DNA of 64,000 nt from a bacterium. Its GTDB lineage: Bacteria > Hinthialibacterota > Hinthialibacteria > Hinthialibacterales > Hinthialibacteraceae. The stretch lies in assembly GCA_041946805.1 (NCBI GenBank), contig JBHGBC010000002.1:1-64000 (forward strand), written 5' to 3'. Of this stretch, positions 34,880 to 45,185 are shown piece by piece. The notes under the pieces were generated by a model, which made no database searches, had not been told where the DNA came from, and saw only the letters and a program-made list of their open reading frames with translations. A program made the translations under genes and the position numbers. Positions within the stretch are counted from its first letter, which is position 1; each line of letters starts with the position of its first letter.

Positions 34880-37444
34880 ATGGAAATCGATTTTTTGCGC
34901 CACTATGGATTCACTCCGCCGTTGATCGATACCCTGCGCCAGGCTTATGGGGAAATCCTGCTGCCCTTACAGGAGCGCGTCATCCTGGAAGGACGGATGT
35001 TCGAGGGGAAAAGCCTGCTGGTCCGCGCCCCGACCTCCGCGGGAAAAACGTTCCTGGCCGAAACGCTGTTTTTGTTCCACGCCCTGCGGGGCGGCAATGT
35101 GATCCTCCTGGTCCCCACCAAGGCCCTGGCCAACCAGCGGCACCAGCAACTCCAGGAACGCTACGCGCCCCATGGCTTCGATATCCGGCTTTCCACCCGG
35201 GACCATCCTTTCGATGATCAAAAAATTCTGGAAGGCCGGTTTCATCTGGCGATCGTCATTTACGAAAAGATGCGCTCCCTGCTCGCTTTGAGGGACGCGT
35301 TTCTCTCCTCGCTGGCGGCCTGCGTGGTCGATGAGATCCATTATCTGTTCGATCCCACCCGGGGGCCGGACCTGGAGATCCTGCTGTCACGTTTGCGGGA
35401 AGAATCCGCGCTGCCGATTCTGGGCCTCTCCGCCATGGTTTCCAGCAAGGAAGTGGCCGATTGGCTGGATGCGCGCCCGCTCGTGGAAACCCGCCGCCCG
35501 GTGGAACTGCGCCAGGGCGTGTTGTGCCAGGGCCGGTTTGTTTATAAGGAATTCAACTCCGGCCGGGAAGGGCATGAGAAACTATTTGAATCGGACACCG
35601 CTGACGAGGGCGAGGCCATGCTGGAGGCCGCCTGCCACTTCGCCGCCCAAGGAGAAACCACCCTGGTGTTTTGGCCGCGCCGTGGCCAGTGTTACACGGC
35701 GGCGCGCAAGCTGGCCGAGCGGTTCGATCCACCCGAAAAACCGGGATCTCCCAATCTGGACGGCCTGGAATCCACCGCCATGCGGGACTTTCTCGCCCGT
35801 CTCCTGCCCCGGCGCGTTGCCGTGCACACCAGCGACCTCTCCCCCGCCGAACGGGACCTCGTGGAATGCCTGGCCCGTAGCGGCGAAGTGCTGTTGATCT
35901 GCGCCACCAGCACGCTCGCCGAGGGAATCAACTTCCCCGTGGTTAATGTCCTGACCACCCGGCGGATGTACTCCCAACGCCCGGAAGACGCCGGCGCGGT
36001 CCGTCCGCCGGCCACCCTGCCCATTCCCCAAGGCCGGTTGTGGAACATGATCGGCCGCGCGGGCCGGCTGGGATTGAGCCCCTTCGGCCGGGGCATTCTG
36101 GTCACCACCTCGCCGGGAGACGTGCAGGGATTGATGCGCCTCTACCTCAACGAGGAATCCCCGCAGCCGCTTCCCTTGCTGCATCGCGCTCCCTTCGCGC
36201 AAACCGTGCTGAAAACCATGGCCGGCCGCGCGCCCTTCACCCGCGAATCCTGCCGCCAGGCGCTCGAACGCACCCTGAGCGAACGCATGGGCCTGTTCCC
36301 CCGGTCCCTTGCGGAACAAGTCGCACAAACGCTCCGCGATTTGATCCACCAAGGATTCCTGGTGGAAGAACGGGAAACGTTTCATCCCACGCCCCTCGGC
36401 TGCCTGGTGATGAATCACGGCCTGTCGTCAACCTCCGCTTACCGGCTGGACGACTATGTGGTTCATCGTCTTCATGACCAACCTCTGATTCTGGAAATAC
36501 TCCTCCTGATTTCCGAACTGGAGGAAATGGCCGAACAGTATGTTTTCGTACCGCGTCACGACATCCTCACCCATGCCTGGACGCGGAGGTTGATGCAACG
36601 GGTGGAGGAAACGGGAGCGAGCGAAACCACCTTTCTGGACGGCCTGCTGACGAATCCCGCCCGGATCCGTCCCGAACACCATGCCGCGTTCAAAAAAACA
36701 ATGCTGCTGCATGATTGGATCCAGGGGAGGCCGATTTTGGAAATCGAGAACCGGTACAACGTCTACGCCGGGGCGGCGCAGCGCCTGGCGGAAGAGGCGT
36801 CCTGGCTGACCGGCTGCCTCGCGGAAACCGCCGGGGCGCACGCCCTGAGAGCCGACTGGATTAAGCAACTGCTGATCCTGAAAGACCGAATCCTCCATGG
36901 CCTCCCCGAAGCTGCCCTAGGCTGGTTTCCGTTCCTTCAGGAACGGCGGCTAACCCGCGGATCCGTTCTAGCCCTGGTGGAACGGGGGTATGGCTCGCCG
37001 GAACAAATCTCCGGGGCCGATCCCGAAACGGTGCAGGACCTTTTGCCCGCCCATTTTCTGGAATCGAGCCATCGATCCAAGACCGGCCTAACCAAGGAGG
37101 ATTCGGCGCCTCCGCCAGCCGATCATGAACCTCTGGAGCAGGTGGTGGAACTGGATGACGGCCGGCCCAACCGGATGGTGGTGAACGGCGCGGCGGTCCC
37201 GCTGACCCTTACGCAATTCCGCCTGGTCCGGTGCCTGGCGCGCCGGGCGGGAGCGTGCGTGGACTATGAGACCATCTTGCGGGAAGTCTGGCCCGAGAGC
37301 GTGGGCGACCGCAAGCAAATCTCCCGGCAAAAGAAGTGGATACTCGGCCGAATACAGGATATCACGCATTCCCCGGCCGAGGATTTGATCGAGACCATCC
37401 CCGGGGCCGGCCTGCTCCTCCACGCGCGTGTGAAATGCCTGTAA
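34880..37444 (+). CDS. Hel308/Ski2-like SF2 helicase with C-terminal OmpR/PhoB-type winged-helix domain
   Basis: LLPLQ (Q motif), APTSAGKT, VPTKALANQ, IYEK, DEIH, GLSAM, RPVELRQGV, ATSTLAEGINFP, MIGRAGR, TPLG, ratchet-like WIQG..IENRYNVYAG..EEASWL; C-terminal LTLTQFRLVRCLA..ILREVW..IETIPGAG. Confidence 0.88.
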   Translation: MEIDFLRHYGFTPPLIDTLRQAYGEILLPLQERVILEGRMFEGKSLLVRAPTSAGKTFLAETLFLFHALRGGNVILLVPTKALANQRHQQLQERYAPHGFDIRLSTRDHPFDDQKILEGRFHLAIVIYEKMRSLLALRDAFLSSLAACVVDEIHYLFDPTRGPDLEILLSRLREESALPILGLSAMVSSKEVADWLDARPLVETRRPVELRQGVLCQGRFVYKEFNSGREGHEKLFESDTADEGEAMLEAACHFAAQGETTLVFWPRRGQCYTAARKLAERFDPPEKPGSPNLDGLESTAMRDFLARLLPRRVAVHTSDLSPAERDLVECLARSGEVLLICATSTLAEGINFPVVNVLTTRRMYSQRPEDAGAVRPPATLPIPQGRLWNMIGRAGRLGLSPFGRGILVTTSPGDVQGLMRLYLNEESPQPLPLLHRAPFAQTVLKTMAGRAPFTRESCRQALERTLSERMGLFPRSLAEQVAQTLRDLIHQGFLVEERETFHPTPLGCLVMNHGLSSTSAYRLDDYVVHRLHDQPLILEILLLISELEEMAEQYVFVPRHDILTHAWTRRLMQRVEETGASETTFLDGLLTNPARIRPEHHAAFKKTMLLHDWIQGRPILEIENRYNVYAGAAQRLAEEASWLTGCLAETAGAHALRADWIKQLLILKDRILHGLPEAALGWFPFLQERRLTRGSVLALVERGYGSPEQISGADPETVQDLLPAHFLESSHRSKTGLTKEDSAPPPADHEPLEQVVELDDGRPNRMVVNGAAVPLTLTQFRLVRCLARRAGACVDYETILREVWPESVGDRKQISRQKKWILGRIQDITHSPAEDLIETIPGAGLLLHARVKCL

Positions 37445-37575
37445 CGGTTTGCGGATTGGCCGGGTGATTTTTTGAGCGCCAAGGGCGCGGCATGAGAATA
37501 AGCCCAGGACGCATGCCTGGAGATAGGTGTGACAAAAGTAACTATTCCCGCTCTTTCTAGGAGAGATTCAGGATC

Positions 37576-38589
37576 TTACAACCGGCCGATGTAGACCATG
37601 CGCCGCGCCGGGTGTTTTGGAGGCGAATCCCAGGGTGGCCCCGTGGGAGCCGAGAGGGCTGATAACCAGCATAGGTACTTCTCCATCAGGCCGGCTTGCT
37701 GCTCCACCAAGTCCATCAAGTGGGGCAGCACGGCGTCCCAGGCCTTGGAAGCCACCGGAACCGGAAGATGGCCGGCTGGGCACTGGACGGTTAATTCCGC
37801 GTAACGCAGCCGCAGCGTCTCGTCCTGTTTATGCATCAGGGCCAGCGCGGAGGAAACGTCATCCCCCCGGCCATCGCCGGTCCGGGGGGAAAAGCGGAAG
37901 GAGGCTTGTTTCTTGAACAAACTCAGCAGGACACCCTGCAGGCGGAACCGGATTTTCAGAATTTGCGCGTATTCTTTTTGCAGCGCCAACCGGCATTGGC
38001 GGGCCTCTTCGAGATGGGGATGCAACGATTTCCGGGCGGTTTCGTATTGCTTGAGGAGTGGGTGATAGGCGGCGGCCAGCTGGCTGATCAGCGGCCAGTC
38101 CTGTTTTTCCCGGGCTTGATGCAACTCCCGCAAGACTGCTTCGGCTTGGCCGAAAACCGGATCCTGGATTTTGATCCGTTCGATTCTCTCTTCCACTTCC
38201 TCCAATTCCAGGACGCGGTGGTTCACCCGGTTTTCCAATTTTTGGATCATGGTGGGGTAGTCCCCCACGGGCGGAAGGCCTTCCCGGGGCGCATGGGATA
38301 TTTCATCCAGCCGCGACCGGGCGAGTTGGATTTCCCCGCGGATGCGCGCGGCCAGGCTCTCGGGGCCGTCCCGCAAGGATCGAATGCTCTTTTTGGGCGC
38401 AAGCAGTTGCCGTTGTTTATCGAGTTGGAGATAGACCTCGGATTTTTTCACGAACGACGACTTCCCGTCCGCGATCCGTTCCATCAGGTCAGTGATTTCC
38501 ACCCCCAATTCATCGGCTTTTTGCCGGGCCAGTTCGTAACGCAGCTTTTGGGCCAGCTGATTGCGTTGTTCTTGATCCAGTTCCATCAC
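37576..38589 (-). CDS. Hypothetical coiled-coil protein
   Basis: 337-aa ORF rich in E/L/Q/R/K with heptad character; co-oriented directly downstream of the HD-GYP gene. Confidence 0.65.
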   Translation of the reverse strand: MMELDQEQRNQLAQKLRYELARQKADELGVEITDLMERIADGKSSFVKKSEVYLQLDKQRQLLAPKKSIRSLRDGPESLAARIRGEIQLARSRLDEISHAPREGLPPVGDYPTMIQKLENRVNHRVLELEEVEERIERIKIQDPVFGQAEAVLRELHQAREKQDWPLISQLAAAYHPLLKQYETARKSLHPHLEEARQCRLALQKEYAQILKIRFRLQGVLLSLFKKQASFRFSPRTGDGRGDDVSSALALMHKQDETLRLRYAELTVQCPAGHLPVPVASKAWDAVLPHLMDLVEQQAGLMEKYLCWLSALSAPTGPPWDSPPKHPARRMVYIGRL

Positions 38590-38662
38590 CGCCGCTCATG
38601 AACCTCATCTCATAAAATGCCATAACGCATCCACTTATTCACCGCGTATCCACGCGCCGACT

Positions 38663-39736
38663 TCACAAAGGCCGGCGCACGATCAATTTTCCCATCCGGT
38701 CCAGAAAGAGGATGAATTCCTTGAGCAGATCCTGGTCGATCTGGGTTTTCATATCCCGGGTCATCAAAACCAAGGCATCGAAGGCGTTCATGCGGAGCTT
38801 GTACGACCGGTTAGAGGTCAGGGCGTCGTACACGTCCACCACCTTGCACAGGCGGGAGGTCATGGGTATCGCGTTCTTCTTGATCCCTTTCGGATATCCG
38901 CTGCCGTCGACCGCCTCGTGGTGATAGAGGGCGATCCGGTGCGACTCCTGCGACAACGCCTCGTCATGTTCCAGCCGTTCATACCCTTTGATGGGATGGC
39001 TGCGCATGATCTGCCATTCCGCGTCGGTGAGGCGGCCCGGCTTGTTGGTCAATTCACAGGGCACGTCGCATTTGCCGATATCGTGCAACAACAATCCCCG
39101 GGTGAGATCATGAATCTCGCCGGGGGTGGCGCCGGGATACGTATGGAGAAACAAACCCACACCCATGACGCTGACATTCATGCTATGCCGATACGTGCAG
39201 TAATCGTACGAACGCAGGCGGTTGAGCAATCCGATCGAGAGCGGCGAGGAAATCAGCAATTCCGCCAGCGCGCCGCTCACATTCGCGGCCGTGGCGATGA
39301 ATTCGCCCATGCTGGGAGGCGAGTCGAAGAGGTTCTTCATGACCGTGAGGGCCAGGGTTTGGACCTCCTCGGTCTTCACCTCGAGCGGCAGCGCGGGATC
39401 CTCGACGATGCCGGCCAGATTTTCCGACAAATAATACGTCAAGGCCGTGGAATGTTCGACCGGAACATAGACCGGACGGCGGCCCCCCTGGGTAAGGGAT
39501 TCCAATTGCTCCGGACGGATCGGTTCGCCTTCGTTTTTGAAAAGGACAAACCGCTTCCGTTTTGGAACAAAGAGATAAATCGCAAAATCGGAAGCCCGGT
39601 TCGGGACTAGATATTTCTGGTCCAGCTTGATGTAATTCTTCTCCTCCTCCGGTGGAGGCGCCCAGGCGGCATCGTGGGGAGCATGGGAAGCCGGCGAATG
39701 CGTTTGCGGAATCACGGCTGACTCTATCCTCACCAT
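38663..39736 (-). CDS. HD-GYP domain protein (cyclic dinucleotide phosphodiesterase family)
   Basis: YCTYRHSMNV, LLHDIGK, NKPGRLTDAEW..MRSHP, HHEAVDGSGYP, VDVYDALTSNRSYK. Confidence 0.92.
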   Translation of the reverse strand: MVRIESAVIPQTHSPASHAPHDAAWAPPPEEEKNYIKLDQKYLVPNRASDFAIYLFVPKRKRFVLFKNEGEPIRPEQLESLTQGGRRPVYVPVEHSTALTYYLSENLAGIVEDPALPLEVKTEEVQTLALTVMKNLFDSPPSMGEFIATAANVSGALAELLISSPLSIGLLNRLRSYDYCTYRHSMNVSVMGVGLFLHTYPGATPGEIHDLTRGLLLHDIGKCDVPCELTNKPGRLTDAEWQIMRSHPIKGYERLEHDEALSQESHRIALYHHEAVDGSGYPKGIKKNAIPMTSRLCKVVDVYDALTSNRSYKLRMNAFDALVLMTRDMKTQIDQDLLKEFILFLDRMGKLIVRRPL

Positions 39737-39873
39737 CCATTGGATTCAAAAACACATCCACAACTCAATCCCAATGATTGTTATATATCGTTACATAGCA
39801 AAATGTATCCTTTTATGAATAAGATGTTACCATCTATTGCCTGAATAAACAAGCGGAAAAATGGGAAAAATAC

Positions 39874-40286
39874 GGTTTATCCCGGAAATGCGACCCTTCG
39901 AAGCCATAAGCCCATGGTTGAATCCCGGGGCTGCTGTAAAGCCGTCCCCTGAAGAGCACTCATTGAATTCATCTGACACATGCGGACCTGCTGGTGAAAA
40001 AGGCATTCCATCCACTGGAGGATGCAAGCGGACACCCAGCTCCGTCCCTACAAAAATTCCCTCTCCCTAACCCTCTACCGGAGGGAGAGGGAATTTCGGG
40101 TGTCTCTCTCCAACCAGGTTTGGTTGAGTTTTTCCGACGTAGCCCAAAATGCCCCGATGGAACTGGTGAATCGATGACTTGGAGCGTCAATAGGGCGCCT
40201 GTTCTGAATATCCTCACCCTGGCCCTCTCCCAGAGGGAGAAGGTGGTTACACTCTTAGGAATATGTACACACTTGCCGAATGAACC
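39874..40286. mobile_element. MITE-like element copy 4 (composite; left end at 39874 or 39966)
   Basis: Right TIR gtacacacttgccgaatgaacc (20/22 to consensus); two degenerate left TIRs at 39874 and 39966; conserved body ggtgaaaaagg..gcggacacc..ccctac..; REP copies at 40059-40091 and 40211-40243. Confidence 0.6.
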
Positions 40287-40334
40287 TTTTTTATTCCCAT
40301 CCAGTACCACCCGAATCAATCATCGGCTACTTTC

Positions 40335-41186
40335 TCAATTCGATTGAAAATAATCCGCCAGGGAAGCGAAGAGGGTATAACCGGGGCCGGGTTCATTCCA
40401 GCGCTCGGGGCGGCCGATGGCCTGGCGGCGCTTTTCCCCCCATTCGCCCGGCCACACCGTGGGGACCTGGCGGAGGAAAAAGGCGCGTTCGGGGTGGGGC
40501 ATGAGGGCCACGACGTTGCCCTTGCCGTTGCAGATGCCCGCGATGTTGGAGTGAGACCCGTTGGGATTGACGGGGAACTCGGGATCGGTGTCGCCCTGGG
40601 GGCCGCAGTAGCGCCAGAGGACCAGTTTCTGCTCGTCGAGAGCGCGCAACACTTCGGGGCTGTCGCTGATGAAGCGGCCCTCGCCATGCGACAATGTCAT
40701 CGGAAGTATCTGATTTTTGAAGAGTTTGCGCGTGAACGGCGTCCGGGCCGGAGGGGCTTCGCACCGCAGGTTGACCCAGGCGCAATGGTGTCCCCGGCGG
40801 ACGACGCGATGGCCGCGGGTCATGTAGTTGTGCGCCAGCGCCATCTCCACGCGGCCGGGATGGAGACCGGGGAGCAGTCCGCTTTCGAGGAGGATTTGCG
40901 CCCCGTTGCAGATGCCGAGAATCGGTTTGCCTTTCTCCGCCTGGAGGGCCAGCATCTCGAGGAGCGGTTCCTTGGCGGCGACGGCGCCGGCGCGGACGCG
41001 GTCCTCATACGAGAAACCGCCGGGGACGATGTAGGCGTCGAACGGCTCCAGCTCAGCGGCGGGCCGGTTCCAGCGGAAGACTTCCGGCTGCAGGCCGGCG
41101 ATCCGGACAGACCGGGCGGTCTCGTTTTCGCAATTCGAGCCGGGAAACTGCAGAATGGCGACACGGGGCAGGAGTTTTGGAATCAT
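40335..41186 (-). CDS. purQ: Phosphoribosylformylglycinamidine synthase glutaminase subunit
   Basis: FPGSNCE, PGGFSYED, LGICNGAQIL, SHGEGRF, NPNGS, LMPHPER. Confidence 0.95.
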   Translation of the reverse strand: MIPKLLPRVAILQFPGSNCENETARSVRIAGLQPEVFRWNRPAAELEPFDAYIVPGGFSYEDRVRAGAVAAKEPLLEMLALQAEKGKPILGICNGAQILLESGLLPGLHPGRVEMALAHNYMTRGHRVVRRGHHCAWVNLRCEAPPARTPFTRKLFKNQILPMTLSHGEGRFISDSPEVLRALDEQKLVLWRYCGPQGDTDPEFPVNPNGSHSNIAGICNGKGNVVALMPHPERAFFLRQVPTVWPGEWGEKRRQAIGRPERWNEPGPGYTLFASLADYFQSN

Positions 41187-41306
41187 GGGGCTCACTTTCG
41201 AGACAGGTGCGGCAATGGTTTTCGTGCTCCTAGGTGGCTACGCTGCGCTTGAAACCCACCCTACGGGGCTCAATATTCACGGGCAGGAAGCCCATCCCAC
41301 GGATTT

Positions 41307-41339
41307 CCCTCACCCTGGCCCTCTCCCAGAGGGAGAGGG
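41307..41339 (+). repeat. 33-bp REP-like palindrome between purL and purQ
   Basis: ccctcaccctggccctctcccagagggagaggg. Confidence 0.88.
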
Positions 41340-41445
41340 AATTCATACTTCTATCGTCATTTCCCAGGTCTTATGCCCTGGGCTAGGCTCATGCCGCGCC
41401 TATGCCGCTTAAAAGACAACAGCACTTTATCCGGGGCGATCCGCC

Positions 41446-43812
41446 CTACGATGCGATCGTGAAGCCGAATGCTCCCCGCCAGGCTTGCCGCATCCAGGGA
41501 ACTTCCAGGCGCAGCCGGGGTTGGTGTTGCTTATCCAAAATGGTGAACATGTTATCGGCGGTGGTTTTGCCGATGGGAAACAATTTCAATCCAAATTCGG
41601 CGAACAGGGCGCGCAGGGGGGCAAGCCGGTTGGGATCGATTTCCATCAGCATGCCGCTGGACTCGGAGAACAAGAGCACGTCATCCCGCAAGTCCGTATC
41701 CAGTTCCGCCAAACGCAATTCGAGTCCGGTTTTCTGATGCGGTCCCGCGGCCAGCAGCATTTCGGCGGCGGCCAGGATCAAGCCCCCGCTGGAAATGTCG
41801 TGGGCGGAGAGCACCAACCCCTGCTGGATGGCGGCGGCGGCGCCGTAGATAATCCCGCGCTCCAGGTCAAAGCGGACGGTGGGGACATTCGCGCCCAGGC
41901 CGGCGCCCAACGCTTGGTAATACTCGGAGCCGCCCAGTTCGTTGAACCGTTCACCGGCCAACACCAACAAATTGCTGGGCTTCTTGATTTCCATGGTGAT
42001 GGCGCGGGAGGCATCGGGAATCAGCCCCAGGCAGCAGATGATGGGCGAGGGGGGGATGGACCGGCCGCTGGCGGATTGGTTGTATAACGAGACGTTCCCG
42101 GACACGAACGGCACCGGCTCCTGGCCCTGCTTGGGATGGTAGAGATTCCGGGCAGCCTCGGAGATCCCCTTGATCCCCTCTTCCAGCGCCCAGAAGTCCT
42201 CGGGAACCTCGGGATTGCCGTAATTGAGGCAATCGGTCATGGCCACGGGCAGCGCGCCCACCGCGGCCACGTTGCGCATGGCTTCGGCCACGGCGGTGGC
42301 TCCCCCCCAGAAGGGAGAGATCAGGCCGTACAGCGGATTGCCGTCCACCGTGAGGGCCACGCCCGTGCGGCACCCGCCGAGAGGAACCAAAACGGCTGCG
42401 TCCGCTTCGCCGGGGCGGATGACAGCGCACCCCTGGACCTCGGTATCGTAATGCCGGTAGATGCCCTCCTTGGACGCCACGTTCGGCCGGGCGAGGAAAT
42501 CCAGGAAAAAGGCCGCGAGATCATCCGGCGGCCGCGTATCCGGTTCCCGGAAGACGGTTTGCGGCGCGCGGGCGGGGCGGTCGTAGCGGATGCCCTCCAC
42601 CACGAAGTCAATGGGCAGTTCGACCACGGCCTGGCCCTGATGATAGGCGCGCATGACCGGTTCCTCGATGACCTTGCCGATCACCCGGGCTCCCGCGCCG
42701 GAGCAGATCGCGGGGAGTTGCCAATCCTCGTTGTAGATGCGCAAGACCTCGGGCGTAAAGGAGGGCGGCACGCAAAGCAGGAAGCGTTCCTGCGTCTCGG
42801 CGCAGAGAATCACCTCGGGCGGCAGGTTGGGCTCGGCGGTGTGGACCTGATCGAGCTGCAACTCGACACCGTAACCGCCGCTGGCCCCCATTTCCGAGGA
42901 ACAGCAGGCGATGCCCCCGGCGCCCAGGTCCTTGAGGCCGATGGCCAAGCCCAGTTCGCGGGCCCGCCGCCGGACCGCGTGCGAGGCCTTGTAGTGGATC
43001 AAGACATTCTTGAGGAAGGGATCCGGAATCTGGACCGCGCCTTTGTTTTCCTCTTCGTCCTCCTGGTCCAGGGTTCCGGACGCGAACGACGCCCCCCCGA
43101 AGCCGGAGTGGTCCGTGGGTTTGCCGATGAGGATGAGGTCGTAGCCCGCGCCGCCCGGAGGGACCCGGCTGTGAATGATTTCATCCTCGCGCAGGAGGCC
43201 CAGGGCCACGACGTTGACCAGGCAATTGTCGTCGTAGCCTTCGTGATAGAAGGTATCGCCGCCCAGGTTGGGCACCCCGAGGGCGTTGCCGTAACTGCGG
43301 ATGCCGTCCACCACGCCCTCCGCGATGGCCTGGGCGCGGACGGGGAAGCGGCCGCGGGGATCGCCGAAGCGCAGCGGATCGGCCACGCCGATCACCGAGG
43401 CGCCCATGCAGTCGACATCGCGCACGATGCCGCCGATGCCCGTGGCCGCGCCCTCGAAGGGCAACACCTGCGAGGGATGGTTGTGGCTCTCGTGAGCAAG
43501 GACCAGTCCGTAGCGGTGTCCCTGGTGCTCGGTGAAGAAGACGATGCCCGCGTCTTCCTCCGGTCCCTGGATCACCTGGCGGCCGGTCACGGGCAGGTAT
43601 TTCTTGAGCAGATGCTTGCTGCTCTTATAGGAGCAGTGCTCGCTCCATTCGATGTCGAAGACGAACAATTCGGCCATCGTCGGGACGCGGCCGAGGCGGT
43701 GTTTGATCTTCAAGGCCTCGTCCGGCGTGAGAGCCAAGCCGGCGCGGCGCAGGGATTCGCTTAGGCGGCTTTCATCGGCATAAATCGGATTCGCGCTCAA
43801 CGGATTCTTCAT
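41446..43812 (-). CDS. purL: Phosphoribosylformylglycinamidine synthase subunit PurL (small form)
   Basis: WSEHCSYKSS, ESHNHPS, GAATGIGGIVRD, DLGAGG, DCLNYGNPE, GNVSLYN, AHDISSGG. Confidence 0.96.
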   Translation of the reverse strand: MKNPLSANPIYADESRLSESLRRAGLALTPDEALKIKHRLGRVPTMAELFVFDIEWSEHCSYKSSKHLLKKYLPVTGRQVIQGPEEDAGIVFFTEHQGHRYGLVLAHESHNHPSQVLPFEGAATGIGGIVRDVDCMGASVIGVADPLRFGDPRGRFPVRAQAIAEGVVDGIRSYGNALGVPNLGGDTFYHEGYDDNCLVNVVALGLLREDEIIHSRVPPGGAGYDLILIGKPTDHSGFGGASFASGTLDQEDEEENKGAVQIPDPFLKNVLIHYKASHAVRRRARELGLAIGLKDLGAGGIACCSSEMGASGGYGVELQLDQVHTAEPNLPPEVILCAETQERFLLCVPPSFTPEVLRIYNEDWQLPAICSGAGARVIGKVIEEPVMRAYHQGQAVVELPIDFVVEGIRYDRPARAPQTVFREPDTRPPDDLAAFFLDFLARPNVASKEGIYRHYDTEVQGCAVIRPGEADAAVLVPLGGCRTGVALTVDGNPLYGLISPFWGGATAVAEAMRNVAAVGALPVAMTDCLNYGNPEVPEDFWALEEGIKGISEAARNLYHPKQGQEPVPFVSGNVSLYNQSASGRSIPPSPIICCLGLIPDASRAITMEIKKPSNLLVLAGERFNELGGSEYYQALGAGLGANVPTVRFDLERGIIYGAAAAIQQGLVLSAHDISSGGLILAAAEMLLAAGPHQKTGLELRLAELDTDLRDDVLLFSESSGMLMEIDPNRLAPLRALFAEFGLKLFPIGKTTADNMFTILDKQHQPRLRLEVPWMRQAWRGAFGFTIAS

Positions 43813-43853
43813 TCACCCTTCCACTTTCCGGCCGTGGCATGAAATCGGTGATA

Positions 43854-45185
43854 TCAAAAATCGTCCGGAATCTGCTTGGGGAGCACCATTTGGGTGCGGC
43901 CGACCATGAAGCTTTCGTCCATCATATCGGTGGCGGTCCGCATGCGGACATTCATCAGCAGGCCGACGCCCATCAGGCTGGCGAGCATGAACGACCCGCC
44001 GTAGGAGATGAAGGTCAGCGGCAATCCGGTGACCGGCATCAATCCCGTAACCATCCCCACATTGATTGTAATATGTGAAAAGAAGAGAGCAACCACGCCG
44101 GAGGCGATCAGGGCGCCCTGGAGGGTCTTGGACGACACCGCCGTATCCAATCCCCGCATGATCAGCAGGAAAAAGAGTCCCAGCAGGCAGGACGCGCCCA
44201 GAAAGCCTTTTTGCTCGCCCACGACGGGGAAGACGAAATCGTGCTGGAACTCGGGGAGGAATCCGTACTGGCTCTGGATGCAGTTGCCGAAGCCCTTCCC
44301 CCAGAATCCGCCGGAGCCCAGGGCGATCTTCGACTGATAGATATTCCAGTTGGAGTGCTTGAGATCCACATCGGGGTATAAAAATCCGGTGATGCGCCGT
44401 TTTTTGTAGTCGTCGATCTCGTTCCAGATCTTTTCCCCGTGCTGGTAGACCACCGCGTAGGCGCTGATGCTGACGAAGAGGAAGGGCAGCCACACGGTCC
44501 AGGGCGCCTTTTTGACCACGGCCAGAATGACTAGGCCGGTCATCAGGCCGATCCAGATCAAAAGGTACACGATATCGTGGTTGATGCCGAAGAGGCACAG
44601 CGCCGGGGAGAGGATCACGGCCAGGGTGGCGAGAGGCAGCCCCGCCACGAACATCATGATGAGCGTGATGGGGATGAACACCACCGCCGTGCCGAAATCG
44701 GGCTGCTTGAGGATCAGCAGCGAAGGGATCGCGCCCACGATCAGGGGACGCAGCACATCGGCCAATCCGTGCCACTGTTCCTTGCGGGACGCCAGCACCT
44801 TGGCCAGCAGCAGGATGGTGGTCAGTTTCGCGAATTCGGAAGTCTGGATCTGGGGGAGTGAGCCGATCTTCACCCAGGAATTGGCCCCGTGGGTGAAATG
44901 GCCCAGCCCGGGAACAAAACACAGCAGGAGGCCGGCGATCCCCAGGGCATAGAAGAACCAGGCGTAACGGATGAGCCAGCGGTAATCGAGGAACAACACT
45001 CCGATGGCGCACGCCAGACCCAGCACCGCCCACTGCGCCTGGAGAAACCAGCGGCTTTGCCAGATCGCGCTGACGTCCTCGCTCATTGTGGCCCCGGCCA
45101 GCGCCGCCACACCGAAGGCGACCAGGCCCAGGGCCAGCCCGAGCGTCAGGAAATCGATGTCATACCAGCTCTTCAAGTTTAACAC
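43854..45185 (-). CDS. rodA: Rod shape-determining protein RodA (SEDS family)
   Basis: GANSWVKIG..QTSEFAK, KQPDFGT, QSKIALGSGGFWGKG, LPEFQHDFVF, PVTGLPLTFISYGGS; follows mrdA. Confidence 0.95.
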   Translation of the reverse strand: MLNLKSWYDIDFLTLGLALGLVAFGVAALAGATMSEDVSAIWQSRWFLQAQWAVLGLACAIGVLFLDYRWLIRYAWFFYALGIAGLLLCFVPGLGHFTHGANSWVKIGSLPQIQTSEFAKLTTILLLAKVLASRKEQWHGLADVLRPLIVGAIPSLLILKQPDFGTAVVFIPITLIMMFVAGLPLATLAVILSPALCLFGINHDIVYLLIWIGLMTGLVILAVVKKAPWTVWLPFLFVSISAYAVVYQHGEKIWNEIDDYKKRRITGFLYPDVDLKHSNWNIYQSKIALGSGGFWGKGFGNCIQSQYGFLPEFQHDFVFPVVGEQKGFLGASCLLGLFFLLIMRGLDTAVSSKTLQGALIASGVVALFFSHITINVGMVTGLMPVTGLPLTFISYGGSFMLASLMGVGLLMNVRMRTATDMMDESFMVGRTQMVLPKQIPDDF

